IMG/VR virus record: IMGVR_UViG_3300029850_000274
Location: 76,794 to 140,793 of that record
Strand: one strand, 5' to 3'
Source of the DNA: a virus
Taxonomy: Duplodnaviria; Heunggongvirae; Uroviricota; Caudoviricetes
DNA length: 64,000 bases
Part shown: positions 52,979 through 63,020 of the stretch, in pieces
Position numbering within the stretch: the first letter of the stretch is position 1
Layout: each line of letters opens with the position of its first letter
Notes under the pieces: model-generated
Told to the model about the DNA's origin: nothing
Seen by the model: only the letters and a program-made list of their open reading frames with translations
The model's database searches: none
Made by a program: the position numbers and the translations under genes

Positions 52979-54727
52979 GTGCCAGAAATTTTAAGAAATA
53001 GAGGGATTGATGATTATGAAACGTATTTGAACCTCGATGATAGCGTAATTCAAGATTATGCCGATTTAGAGGGTATCAAAAACGCAGTAAATACAACGAT
53101 TTTTGCACTTGAAAATGGACATAAAATCGGTATTTTAATTGACGAGGACGTAGACGGATTTTGCTCGGCTTCGATGGCATATATGTACTTAAATCGCATT
53201 AATAATGAACTTTATGATGGTAAGAGTAACATTTGTTACTTATTACATAAAAAAGCAAAAGCTCATGGATTAAGTGAAGATATTACTATACCTGAAGACG
53301 TAAAACTTCTAATAATTCCAGATGCAGGCACCAATGATGTAGCACAATGTACAGAACTTGTCGACCGTGGCGTACAGATTGTAATTCTTGATCACCATGA
53401 AAAAGAAGAATCTGAAGAAATAATGCCAGAGGAAGTTGTAATTGTAAATAATCAGTGTAGTCCACGATATAGAAATAAAGACTTATGTGGGGCTGGGATT
53501 GTTTATAGATTTTTACAGGCAATGGATGATGAATTATGGATTAATTATGCAGATGATTATTTAGATTTATGTGCATTAGCGAATATCGGTGATGTCATGG
53601 ATATGAGATCATTTGAGACACGTCGATTAGTGGATAAAGGGCTTCAGAATATTCAGAATAAATGCTTTAAAGCACTAATTCAGGCACAAGATTATTCAAT
53701 GCATAGTATTGTAAATATCCATAATATTCAATGGTATATTGTTCCAATTATCAATGGTATGGTACGATTTGGTTCTTTGAAAGATAAAGAATTAGTTTTT
53801 AGAGCATTTATTGAAGACTATGAGGTATTTGACTATAAGAAAAGAGCAACAAAAAACAACCCTGCGGAAGTAATCAAAGAGAATATTTACGATCGTGCTG
53901 CTCGATTATGCAAAAATGCTAAAGGCAAACAGGATCGTCAAAAGAAAAAGATGGTTCCGATTATTATGAAAGAGGCAGAAAAAGATAAAGATAGTAAGAT
54001 TACTATTCTTGATGTTACAGAAACATTAGATAGCAGTTTGACAGGATTGGTTGCTATTAAGATTGCTGAAGATATGAACAGACCATGTTTGTTATTACGA
54101 AAACATATTAATCCAGAAACAGGATTAGTAGAAATGAGTGGTAGCGCAAGGAATGTAGACCATAGCCCGATTGATAGTTTGAAAGATGTGATATCCGAAA
54201 CAAATTCATTTTTATGGGCAAAAGGTCACGCCAATGCATTTGGATGTTCGACAGATAATATCTCTGGAGCAATCACAGAATTAAACGACAAGCTGAAAGA
54301 TATTAAATATGATGCAACTTATAGAGTTGATTTCATTGTAGATGCTTGTAGATTAGATTTTGAACTACTACAGGAAATATCTAAATTGGATGATATTCGT
54401 GGGCAGGGCATTGATGATCCGATGATTGCTGTCGAGAATATCACATTAAATAAGGAAGAAATTAATGTTGTTGGTAAGAAAATGGATACAATACAATTCA
54501 AGATTAATGATATTCCATGCGTGATGTTTAGATGTAATGAAAAAAATAAGATTTATGATTGGATTATGAACGATTTTTCTGACGAAGGCACAGTTACATT
54601 TGAATTAGTAGGAACTGCACAGACTAATATCTTTAACGGAATTAGACAATATCAAATTGCAGTTGATGATCTTAATGTTCTGAGCATTACAGCAGATGAA
54701 GAATTAGACGAAGATATTTGGGATTGA
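52979..54727 (+). CDS. RecJ-like DHH-DHHA1 single-strand DNA exonuclease, GTG start
   Basis: DHH motifs ILIDEDVDGFCS, IIPDAG, IVILDHHEKEE (DHH), RecJ-like DLCGAGIVYRFL, DHHA1 KGHANAFG. Confidence 0.55.
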   Translation: MPEILRNRGIDDYETYLNLDDSVIQDYADLEGIKNAVNTTIFALENGHKIGILIDEDVDGFCSASMAYMYLNRINNELYDGKSNICYLLHKKAKAHGLSEDITIPEDVKLLIIPDAGTNDVAQCTELVDRGVQIVILDHHEKEESEEIMPEEVVIVNNQCSPRYRNKDLCGAGIVYRFLQAMDDELWINYADDYLDLCALANIGDVMDMRSFETRRLVDKGLQNIQNKCFKALIQAQDYSMHSIVNIHNIQWYIVPIINGMVRFGSLKDKELVFRAFIEDYEVFDYKKRATKNNPAEVIKENIYDRAARLCKNAKGKQDRQKKKMVPIIMKEAEKDKDSKITILDVTETLDSSLTGLVAIKIAEDMNRPCLLLRKHINPETGLVEMSGSARNVDHSPIDSLKDVISETNSFLWAKGHANAFGCSTDNISGAITELNDKLKDIKYDATYRVDFIVDACRLDFELLQEISKLDDIRGQGIDDPMIAVENITLNKEEINVVGKKMDTIQFKINDIPCVMFRCNEKNKIYDWIMNDFSDEGTVTFELVGTAQTNIFNGIRQYQIAVDDLNVLSITADEELDEDIWD

Positions 54728-54738
54728 GGTGAAAGTTA

Positions 54739-57700
54739 GTGAGCAGTTCATTACATACACATTCGCATTATTCATTATTAGATGGATATGCATTACCTGA
54801 AGAAAACTTACAAAGAGCAGAAGAGATAGGACTAAAAGCACTGGCTATCACAGAACATGGCAATGAGTATAGTTGGTGCTATTATGATAAGCTTCATGAG
54901 AAATATCCAAGTGTTAAATTGATTTTTGGAGTTGAATTTTATGAATGCTTTGATATGACCGAACAGAATAAGGATAGCAAATATTTCCATTTAATTGTAT
55001 TGGCAAAGAATGAGAATGGTAGAAAAGCAATTAATCAATTGGTAACTGATTCAAATTTTCATGGATTTTACTACAAGCCACGAATTGATCTGAATGCGTT
55101 GAAACCATATGCTAAGGATCTGATTGTGAGTAGTGCTTGTTTAGCATCTAAACTTGCCAGAGAGCCAGATTATCAGAAATGTGTTAAATATGTTCGTGAA
55201 TACAAAGAGATTTTTCCACATTTTTATTTAGAAATGCAGTCACATTCACATCAGGATCAAATGGTATATAATCAGAAAATCTTACAGCTTTCAGTAGACA
55301 CTAATACACCATACATTATCACAACTGATAGTCACGCTGCTAGAAAAGAAGATCTGTATTACCAGAACTGGCATGTAAAGCTTGCTCACGATACTGAAAC
55401 CGCAGCAGAAATTTACGAAGGATGTTATTTGCAATCTGATGATGAAATTCATGCAATTATGGATAGCCAAATTGGAGAAGACGCAGTGACTAAAGGGCTT
55501 GAAGAAACTGATAGGATTGCAGATTTAATTGATGAAATTCACATGCCATTTCAAGCACCTCAGTTACCATCTTTCCCATTACCAGAAGGATTTGAAGATA
55601 ATTATTCTTATTTAAAGTATCTGATTGATACAGGGTGGGTAAAACGAGGATTCGATAAATTACCAGAAGATGAGCAGAAACTCAGAAAAGAAAGAATTGA
55701 TTATGAGTTAGATATTATTCATTCAATGGGATTCGATGGATACTTCTTGATTGTTTGGGATTTTATCAATTTTGCAAGAGAAAATGGTATTCCAATTGGT
55801 GCTGGTCGAGGTAGTTGTGCAGGTAGTTTGGTGTGTTACACGATTACAATTACAGACTTAGATCCTATCAAATATGGACTGATTTTTGAAAGATTTTTAA
55901 ATCCAGAGCGAATTTCAATGCCAGATACAGATACAGATGTTGGTACACGAGATGAGATTATCCAATATTTGATCGATAAGTATGGCGAAAACAGAGTATG
56001 CCAGATTATCAATTTCAGTTTTATTACTCCAATTGTGGCAATCAAAGATGTTGGTAAGGTCTTAGGGTTCAATTATCACGAGATGGACAAATTAAGTAAA
56101 AAATTCGTATATGACACAATTGAAGAATCTTTGTGGAATAACAGAGATTTAGCAGAAAACCCAAGATATGAAGAACTTTTTGATGTTGCATCACATCTTG
56201 CAGGCAGAGTCAAAACAGTATCTTCTCATGCAGGTGGTGTAGGAATTGTTGATACAGATATTAGCGATTATATGGCAATGAAACTTGGAACTGATGGCGA
56301 ACACGTCATTCAAGTAGATAAACGTATCGTTGAAGAGATTGGGATTATCAAATTTGATATTTTGGGTGTTGCTACATTAAACACTGTAAAAGAAGCCGAA
56401 ATTGACGCAGGGTTAACTGAGTTTGATGTAAATATTAATAATCCAAAGTTTGAAATGGATAAAGGATCATATGAATTATTGCGTAGTGCAATGACGAATG
56501 GTGTTTTTCAGGTCGAAAGTGCTGGTATGAAGGACTTGCTGGTTAGGTTACAGGTATCAAATATGGAAGAATTAGCTGCCGTATTGGCATTGTATAGACC
56601 AGATGCAATGGACGTCTTGGAAGAATTCATTGAATATAAACATCACCCAGAGAAAATTACATATATCCATCCAGATATGGAGCCGATCTTAAAGGAAACG
56701 TATGGATGTATGATTTATCAAGAGCAATTACTTGATATTGTGCGTAAATTTGGTGGTCGAAGTTATGGAGGAGCCGACTTATTCCGTAAGGCGATTGGTA
56801 AAAAGAATATTGAACTTGTGAAGTCTGAATCTAAAAAGCTTTATTACGAGATTATTGAAAATGGATACCCCGAAGAAATTGCAAAACAGATTAGCGAGAC
56901 GTTATCCCAAAAAGGGGGATACTTATTCAATAAAAGTCATGCGTACTCCTACGCTGTATTATGCTTGCAAACAGCGTTTTTAAAGAAACATTATGCGTTG
57001 TGTTTTTTTAAGGCATTATTGAATCGCAATAAAGATAAGGCAGGAATGGTAAATAAATATATTCTTGATGCCAAGGCGTTTAAGATTCAAGTGTTACCAC
57101 CAAACTTAAATAAATCAATGATGAATTTCAGTATTGACGATGTGTATATATTGTTTGGATTATCGGCTATCAGTGGTATTGGAGAAAAAATTGCAAAGGT
57201 AATTCTTGAAGACCGTGATAAAAATGGTAAATTCATAGGATTTGAAAACTTTTGCGAACGTATTAATCCAAGTAAATCACAGGTTATTCAGTTGATCAAA
57301 GCAGGTGCAATTCCAACAAAGAATAAACGTAAAACTTTAATTCAGTATTTGAAATCTATGTATCAGCCAACAACATTCAAGCCAGTTGCAAAAGCACCGA
57401 GTTACAAACAATTACTTATTAAATGGGATATTGACGCTGAAGATTACCGTATAGGTGATAAGAAATATGATTACGACAAAGATGCAATATTGAAAGCTTA
57501 TAACGATAAAAAGTATGAATTGTACAAAGATAAGGAAAAAGAACGATTTCAGAAATTTATCGCACAGAATCAAAAATATCTCGAGAATGAAGATTTTTGG
57601 GAATTTGAAGCATTGCAAATCTTTATCAACGATAACCCATTTGATCAGGCATACAAGTATATGTCAAAACAATTTCAAGATGTTGAAAATGGAGATGATT

Positions 57701-57972
57701 GCACTGTGGTTGCAGTGATCGCTAAAGTTGATAAAAAGAAAGACAAAAATAAAAAGACATTTGCGTATGTGAATTTATATTCTAGTTTTGGATTGACTGA
57801 GGCAATCGTCTGGCATTCGCAATTAAAAGAATATGAAGATATGATTACCAAAGGAAATCAGATTGCGATGTTATGCAGAAAAGATTCAGAAGAGAAGGTT
57901 ATCGCAAAGAAAATTAAACCATATAAACAATGGCTAGAAGATATTAAGAAAGTGAAGGGGGTTGTCGCCTAA
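54739..57972 (+). CDS. dnaE: DNA polymerase III alpha subunit (DnaE-type)
   Basis: PHP domain LHTHSHYSLLDGYALPEE. Polymerase core FDGYFLIVWDF, DLDPIKYGLIFERFLNPERISMPDTDTD. 1077 aa. GTG start after GAGGTGAAAG. Confidence 0.8.
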   Translation: MSSSLHTHSHYSLLDGYALPEENLQRAEEIGLKALAITEHGNEYSWCYYDKLHEKYPSVKLIFGVEFYECFDMTEQNKDSKYFHLIVLAKNENGRKAINQLVTDSNFHGFYYKPRIDLNALKPYAKDLIVSSACLASKLAREPDYQKCVKYVREYKEIFPHFYLEMQSHSHQDQMVYNQKILQLSVDTNTPYIITTDSHAARKEDLYYQNWHVKLAHDTETAAEIYEGCYLQSDDEIHAIMDSQIGEDAVTKGLEETDRIADLIDEIHMPFQAPQLPSFPLPEGFEDNYSYLKYLIDTGWVKRGFDKLPEDEQKLRKERIDYELDIIHSMGFDGYFLIVWDFINFARENGIPIGAGRGSCAGSLVCYTITITDLDPIKYGLIFERFLNPERISMPDTDTDVGTRDEIIQYLIDKYGENRVCQIINFSFITPIVAIKDVGKVLGFNYHEMDKLSKKFVYDTIEESLWNNRDLAENPRYEELFDVASHLAGRVKTVSSHAGGVGIVDTDISDYMAMKLGTDGEHVIQVDKRIVEEIGIIKFDILGVATLNTVKEAEIDAGLTEFDVNINNPKFEMDKGSYELLRSAMTNGVFQVESAGMKDLLVRLQVSNMEELAAVLALYRPDAMDVLEEFIEYKHHPEKITYIHPDMEPILKETYGCMIYQEQLLDIVRKFGGRSYGGADLFRKAIGKKNIELVKSESKKLYYEIIENGYPEEIAKQISETLSQKGGYLFNKSHAYSYAVLCLQTAFLKKHYALCFFKALLNRNKDKAGMVNKYILDAKAFKIQVLPPNLNKSMMNFSIDDVYILFGLSAISGIGEKIAKVILEDRDKNGKFIGFENFCERINPSKSQVIQLIKAGAIPTKNKRKTLIQYLKSMYQPTTFKPVAKAPSYKQLLIKWDIDAEDYRIGDKKYDYDKDAILKAYNDKKYELYKDKEKERFQKFIAQNQKYLENEDFWEFEALQIFINDNPFDQAYKYMSKQFQDVENGDDCTVVAVIAKVDKKKDKNKKTFAYVNLYSSFGLTEAIVWHSQLKEYEDMITKGNQIAMLCRKDSEEKVIAKKIKPYKQWLEDIKKVKGVVA

Positions 57973-60235
57973 AGTGGTGGATAGTACAAAAGAATATGAG
58001 TTTGAGATTGTCCCATTATATCAGATTTATTATAATGAAGAATCTTTATTTGGGATTTACACATTCTGTACAGCAGATGATTTACCAGAATGTAAACCAT
58101 ATAATAATAATGATTTTGATGACTTATCCGATAAAAAAATGAATAAATGTGGCAAATTGGTTGGTAATATGCAGGAGTTGTATTTAGGAACGAAATATAA
58201 GGTTAAAGCCAATATGACATATTCTAAGAAATACAATGAATACCAATATAAACCACTTTCTATAGTTGCTGAAGTTCCCAAAACTTTTGAAGCACAAAAG
58301 ATATTTTTAAAAACACAGACGAACGCAGTGATCGCAGATCAGTTAATTGCGAAATATCCTAATGTTGTTGAAGATGTAATGAATGGTCAGTTAGAGATGA
58401 TTGACCATTCAGAAATCAAAGGACTAGGAGATAAAACTTGGAAGAAGCTTAGAGATAAAATTATTAAAAACTATGTGATTTCTGATATTGTTGTAATGTT
58501 ACAACCATATGGGGTTACGTTACCAACGATTGAAAGATTATTGAAATCCGAACCTAATCCAAGTGTTTTAAAAAAACAGATTGAACAAAATCCATATATA
58601 CTAACTAGGGTAAAGGGCATGGGTTTTAAACGAGTTGATGATATTGCACTCAAATTGAAACCAGAATTGCGATGTTCAAATCAACGGTTAAATGCATTTA
58701 TTTACTATGACTTGCATCAAGTTGGTGATAATGATGGACATACATATGTGTATATCAAAAATTTAAGAAGCAATATTAGTAATGCAGCGTCTGAATGCTT
58801 ACCTATATTTGACGAATGGTTTGATGAAGAATCAGATAAAAAATTACCAAATTATTTATATACATCTGGAGATAAAATTGGTCTGAAATCGTATTATAAA
58901 ATTGAAATGGATATTTACGAATTGATTAAAGATATGGAGAAATATTCATTTGGGAATACAACAGATTACGAACCAATAACAGATAGTGAGATTAGTCAGA
59001 CGATTTCTGAAGTTGAAGATGAAGAAGGGTTTATGTTTTCAGAAGAGCAAATTACAGGAGTTAACAAAGCATTAAATTGCCAAGTTGTGTTTATTTCTGG
59101 AGAAGCTGGAACTGGTAAAACAACAATTCTGAAACCAATTATTAAATGCTACCAAAAAAGAAATAATAGCATTGTTGCGTGTGCCTTATCTGCAAAAGCA
59201 GCCCAAAGAATTAAAGAAGCAACAGGTTTGGACTCACGGACTATTCATAGGTTACTTGTAGCAGAAGGTATTGATAGTTTTTGTTATAACCAAGATAACC
59301 CATTACCTGCTGATGTAGTAATCATGGATGAAAGTAGCATGACAAATGCGAGCCTTTTCTATAATTTTTTATTGGCAATTCGACCAGGAACACGATTAAT
59401 TTTTTGTGGTGACTATATGCAGTTGCCACCGATTGGATTTGGTAATATTTTCTCGGATCTGTTAAAAAAGAAAGGTTTAAATAGTGTACAGCTTACCAAA
59501 CCGATGAGACAAGCAGAAAAATCTGGTATTTTAACGGATGCAAGAAAGATTCGCAGAGGGATTAATCCATTGGATAGCCCACAATTAAAAATTGTTCATG
59601 GTGAACTAAATGATATGTTTTATTTGTTCAGGAAGAATAGAGAATCATTGTTCAATATGGCAGTAAAGCAGTATATCAAATCTGTCAAAGAGGAAGGGCT
59701 TGACAATGTTGTGATTATTTCTCCACGAAGAAGTAATTGTATGAACAGCACAGATGAATTGAACAAAGCAGTACAGAAAGAATTATTTGCTAGTAGTAAC
59801 AAACCATTTGTTGAATTCAAAGATCGTAAATACTATTTAGGAGATAAGGTATTACAGACTTCAAATGATTACGAGCGAGATGTATTCAATGGTGATATTG
59901 GATACATTACAGAGATTGACAAAGAAAAAGAAATATGTTTGGTGTCTATGAATGCAAATATTGAAGAAAAGCTGATTGAATATTCTTTCGCTCAGTTAGG
60001 ACAACTGCAATTAGCATATGCATTAACCACGCATAAACTTCAAGGATCAGCTGCGCAAACTGTGATCGGTATTATTGACAATACACATTACAAATTGCTT
60101 GATAACTGTATGTTATATACAATGTTGACACGAGCTAAGAAAAGATTTGCACTCCTTGCAGAGCCAGAAGCGTTTAAGAGATGTATTATGACCAATCATA
60201 ACAAGAGACGCACATGGTTAAGCTTAAAAAATTAA
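57962..60235 (+). CDS. recD2: RecD2-like SF1 DNA helicase (N-terminal HhH plus AAA_30/UvrD_C_2)
   Basis: HhH RVKGMGFKRVDDIAL. Walker A VVFISGEAGTGKTTIL. Walker-B-like VVIMDESSM. Motif VI YALTTHKLQGSAAQTVI. Confidence 0.7.
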   Translation: MSPKVVDSTKEYEFEIVPLYQIYYNEESLFGIYTFCTADDLPECKPYNNNDFDDLSDKKMNKCGKLVGNMQELYLGTKYKVKANMTYSKKYNEYQYKPLSIVAEVPKTFEAQKIFLKTQTNAVIADQLIAKYPNVVEDVMNGQLEMIDHSEIKGLGDKTWKKLRDKIIKNYVISDIVVMLQPYGVTLPTIERLLKSEPNPSVLKKQIEQNPYILTRVKGMGFKRVDDIALKLKPELRCSNQRLNAFIYYDLHQVGDNDGHTYVYIKNLRSNISNAASECLPIFDEWFDEESDKKLPNYLYTSGDKIGLKSYYKIEMDIYELIKDMEKYSFGNTTDYEPITDSEISQTISEVEDEEGFMFSEEQITGVNKALNCQVVFISGEAGTGKTTILKPIIKCYQKRNNSIVACALSAKAAQRIKEATGLDSRTIHRLLVAEGIDSFCYNQDNPLPADVVIMDESSMTNASLFYNFLLAIRPGTRLIFCGDYMQLPPIGFGNIFSDLLKKKGLNSVQLTKPMRQAEKSGILTDARKIRRGINPLDSPQLKIVHGELNDMFYLFRKNRESLFNMAVKQYIKSVKEEGLDNVVIISPRRSNCMNSTDELNKAVQKELFASSNKPFVEFKDRKYYLGDKVLQTSNDYERDVFNGDIGYITEIDKEKEICLVSMNANIEEKLIEYSFAQLGQLQLAYALTTHKLQGSAAQTVIGIIDNTHYKLLDNCMLYTMLTRAKKRFALLAEPEAFKRCIMTNHNKRRTWLSLKN

Positions 60236-60244
60236 CTTTCTTTC

Positions 60245-60282
60245 TTGCACCCGTTGACAAGGTGCAAAAAGTATGATAAGAT
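60245..60282 (+). promoter_or_regulatory. Promoter with palindromic operator flanking -35 (copy B of the 19664 element)
   Basis: TTGCACC-cg-TTGACA-a-GGTGCAA, 17-nt spacer, TGaTAAGAT (60274-60282). Preceded by the same AATTAACTTTCTTTC leader as copy A. Confidence 0.55.
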
Positions 60283-60312
60283 ACTAATATGTTAAGGAAA
60301 GGAGATGTGAAA

Positions 60313-60951
60313 ATGAGAAAAAGATTTTTAATGAAAGTTGTCTCGTTTAGTTTTTTAGCTATGTGTTCAGGGTTTATAACTCATACAGTTAAAGCAGAGG
60401 AGCGACCCTCGGTAGAGGTTTCAACCTTATCAACAGAGACAACTGTTACAGAAAATAAACAAGACAATGTGATTTCAAACAACCCAATTAACCAAAGCGT
60501 TGCATTAAAAGATGTTCATGAGCATTATCAGAAATGTAAGAAAGCTGATGAGGAGAAAGCAAGGCAGATTCGATTAGAAAAACTTCGAAAGAAACGATTG
60601 CGAATTAAACGACAACGGTTGAAGCGAAAGCAAGAACTTGAAAAGAGTTCACTTGGAACATTTTTGATCACGGCATATTGTCCATGTTATGAATGTTCTG
60701 AAGGATATGGATCTAAGATTGCTTGGAATCATGCAGGGCATAGATTTGCTCGACCGTATCATACGATTGCGGTTGATAAAAACATTATCCCTTATGGAAC
60801 AAGAGTCAAGATTGAGGGATACGGTGATACAATCTTTGTGGCAGAAGATTGTGGAGGCAAAGTAAAAGGAATGCATGTAGACGTGTTCAAATCAACACAT
60901 TCCGAAACAATAAATGTGCAACAGCACAGAAAAATATATGTAGTGAAGTAA
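60313..60951 (+). CDS. secreted 3D-domain protein (MltA / YuiC-like cell-wall-binding lytic-transglycosylase fold)
   Basis: Signal peptide MRKRFLMKVVSFSFLAMCSGFITHTVKA. Lys/Arg-rich linker. C-terminal 3D domain TAYCPCYECSEGYGSKIAWNHAGHR...TIAVDKNIIPYGTRVKIEGYGDTIFVAEDCGGKVKGMHVDVF. Confidence 0.6.
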   Translation: MRKRFLMKVVSFSFLAMCSGFITHTVKAEERPSVEVSTLSTETTVTENKQDNVISNNPINQSVALKDVHEHYQKCKKADEEKARQIRLEKLRKKRLRIKRQRLKRKQELEKSSLGTFLITAYCPCYECSEGYGSKIAWNHAGHRFARPYHTIAVDKNIIPYGTRVKIEGYGDTIFVAEDCGGKVKGMHVDVFKSTHSETINVQQHRKIYVVK

Positions 60952-61034
60952 TTGGCAGTTACTGAAAGACATAGAAACACAAATTAAAATAATTAACTAA
61001 ACAATATAAACAAGAAAAGGAAAATCCAAAAATT

Positions 61035-63020
61035 ATGAAAACTGAATATGTGAAAGAAATGAATGTCTTGATCGACAGAATCAATGATGCTTCATATGCG
61101 TATTACGCAGAGGATAATCCGATCATTTCAGATAAAGAATTTGACGATTTATGCGCTGCTTTAGAACGACTTGAGAGAGATTCTGGCGTTGTTTTGAATA
61201 ATTCGCCCATCCACCACGTTCAAGGATTTATAATTGATTCTCTTGCTAAAGTAAAGCATACACGCCCAATGTTATCAGCTCAGAAGACGAAGGATGTCAA
61301 TGAGGTCAAAAAATTTCTTGCGGATAAAATTGGTGTTTTATCGTGGAAAGAAGATGGTCTCAGTATTGTTCTCAGATACGAAAATGGACGCTTAAAACAA
61401 GCAATTACAAGGGGAAATGGCGAAATCGGTGAGGATGTCACTCACACGATGAAAATGGTACGAAATGTTCCACAGTCAATCCCTGAAAAGCGTTATCTTG
61501 AAATTCGTGGTGAAGCAGTTATTGGATATGATGATTTTGCTAAGATTAATGAAAAATTACATGGCAAATACAAAAATGCAAGAAATTTAGCAGCAGGTAC
61601 TGTTAGACAGTTAGACTCTAATGTGGCAAAAGACAGGAAGTTGGCTTACAAAGTATTTGAATTAGTCAAACTTGGAGACACACCTGAATCAGAAATGCCA
61701 AGCATTGCAGATAGCTTTAAATATCTTGCAGAACAAGGGTTTGATGTAGTAGAGCATCAGGTCGTTAACCGAGATAATGTTGAAGAGTATATGGCAACAT
61801 TTCAGCCAGAAGAATACAAATATCCTGTTGATGGTTTAATTATTTCCTACAACGATTATCAATATGGTAAATCGTTAGGAATGACGGGGCATCATCCATT
61901 ATCGTTGATCGCCTACAAATATAAAGATGACCTCTACGAAACAACAATCAGAGATATTGAATGGAATACATCTCGTACAGGGTTGATTAATCCAGTTGCA
62001 GTATTCGATCCAGTTGATCTTGATGGCGCAGAAACCACAAGAGCTACATTACATAATGTAAGTTACATTGAAGGGTTGGAACTTGGTGCAGGTGATACGA
62101 TTCAGGTTTATCGTAGTAATATGGTGATTCCAAAAGTACACGATAATCTGACAAGAAGCAATACATTCAAGATTCCAGATACTTGTCCAACCTGCGGTGG
62201 CGAAGCAAAAATCATCAATGAAAATGGTAGTAAAGTTTTAAAATGCATGAATCCTGACTGCAAGGCAAAACTATTAAGCAAGTTTGTGAACTTTGTTTCC
62301 AGAGATGCTATGAATATTCAAGGTTTATCTGAGGCAACACTGAAAAGATTTATTGATCTTGGATGGCTGAAAGATTATACAGATATTTATAATTTAGCAG
62401 AGCATAAATCTGAAATGAAGAACATTGATGGATTTGGTGCAAAAAGTGTTTCTTCCTTATTAAATAGCATCGAGGAAAGTCGCAGATGCAAACTGGTTAA
62501 TTTCGTAACAGCACTTGGTATTGAACTTGTCGGGAAGTCAACGGCAAAGGATATTTGCAAGCTTATTGATAAGATTTCTCTATCGAATAATGAAAATCCA
62601 TACGATGTATTTATTAAAAGAATCAAACAGAGAAAATATTTTGGACATATTGATGGTATTGGTATCAATACTTCATTGTCAATGGATGATTATTTCAAAG
62701 AAAATCTTGAAATGGTTGAGAAATTAGCCGAAGAACTTGAATTTGAAATGCCAGAAAGCAAGAAAGAATCTGCTGTTAACCTCACAGGAATGACTTTTGT
62801 TGTAACTGGTAAGGTAAATAAGTTTACCAATCGTAATGCCATTAAGGATGAGATTGAATCCAGAGGTGGGAAGGTTGCAGGATCAGTGTCAAAGAACACG
62901 AATTATCTTGTGAACAATGATGTGAATTCTACAAGTAGCAAGAATAAAAAGGCACAGCAATTAGGTATTCCAATTATTGACGAAGATGGACTGATCAAGA
63001 TTCTAAAAGGAGAAAATTGA
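61035..63020 (+). CDS. ligA: NAD+-dependent DNA ligase
   Basis: Adenylation motif SWKEDGLSIV (KxDG). Cys4 zinc finger CPTCGG...C..C. HhH region. C-terminal BRCT GMTFVVTGKVNKFTNRNAIKDEIESRGGKVAGSVSKNTNYLVNND. Confidence 0.8.
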   Translation: MKTEYVKEMNVLIDRINDASYAYYAEDNPIISDKEFDDLCAALERLERDSGVVLNNSPIHHVQGFIIDSLAKVKHTRPMLSAQKTKDVNEVKKFLADKIGVLSWKEDGLSIVLRYENGRLKQAITRGNGEIGEDVTHTMKMVRNVPQSIPEKRYLEIRGEAVIGYDDFAKINEKLHGKYKNARNLAAGTVRQLDSNVAKDRKLAYKVFELVKLGDTPESEMPSIADSFKYLAEQGFDVVEHQVVNRDNVEEYMATFQPEEYKYPVDGLIISYNDYQYGKSLGMTGHHPLSLIAYKYKDDLYETTIRDIEWNTSRTGLINPVAVFDPVDLDGAETTRATLHNVSYIEGLELGAGDTIQVYRSNMVIPKVHDNLTRSNTFKIPDTCPTCGGEAKIINENGSKVLKCMNPDCKAKLLSKFVNFVSRDAMNIQGLSEATLKRFIDLGWLKDYTDIYNLAEHKSEMKNIDGFGAKSVSSLLNSIEESRRCKLVNFVTALGIELVGKSTAKDICKLIDKISLSNNENPYDVFIKRIKQRKYFGHIDGIGINTSLSMDDYFKENLEMVEKLAEELEFEMPESKKESAVNLTGMTFVVTGKVNKFTNRNAIKDEIESRGGKVAGSVSKNTNYLVNNDVNSTSSKNKKAQQLGIPIIDEDGLIKILKGEN

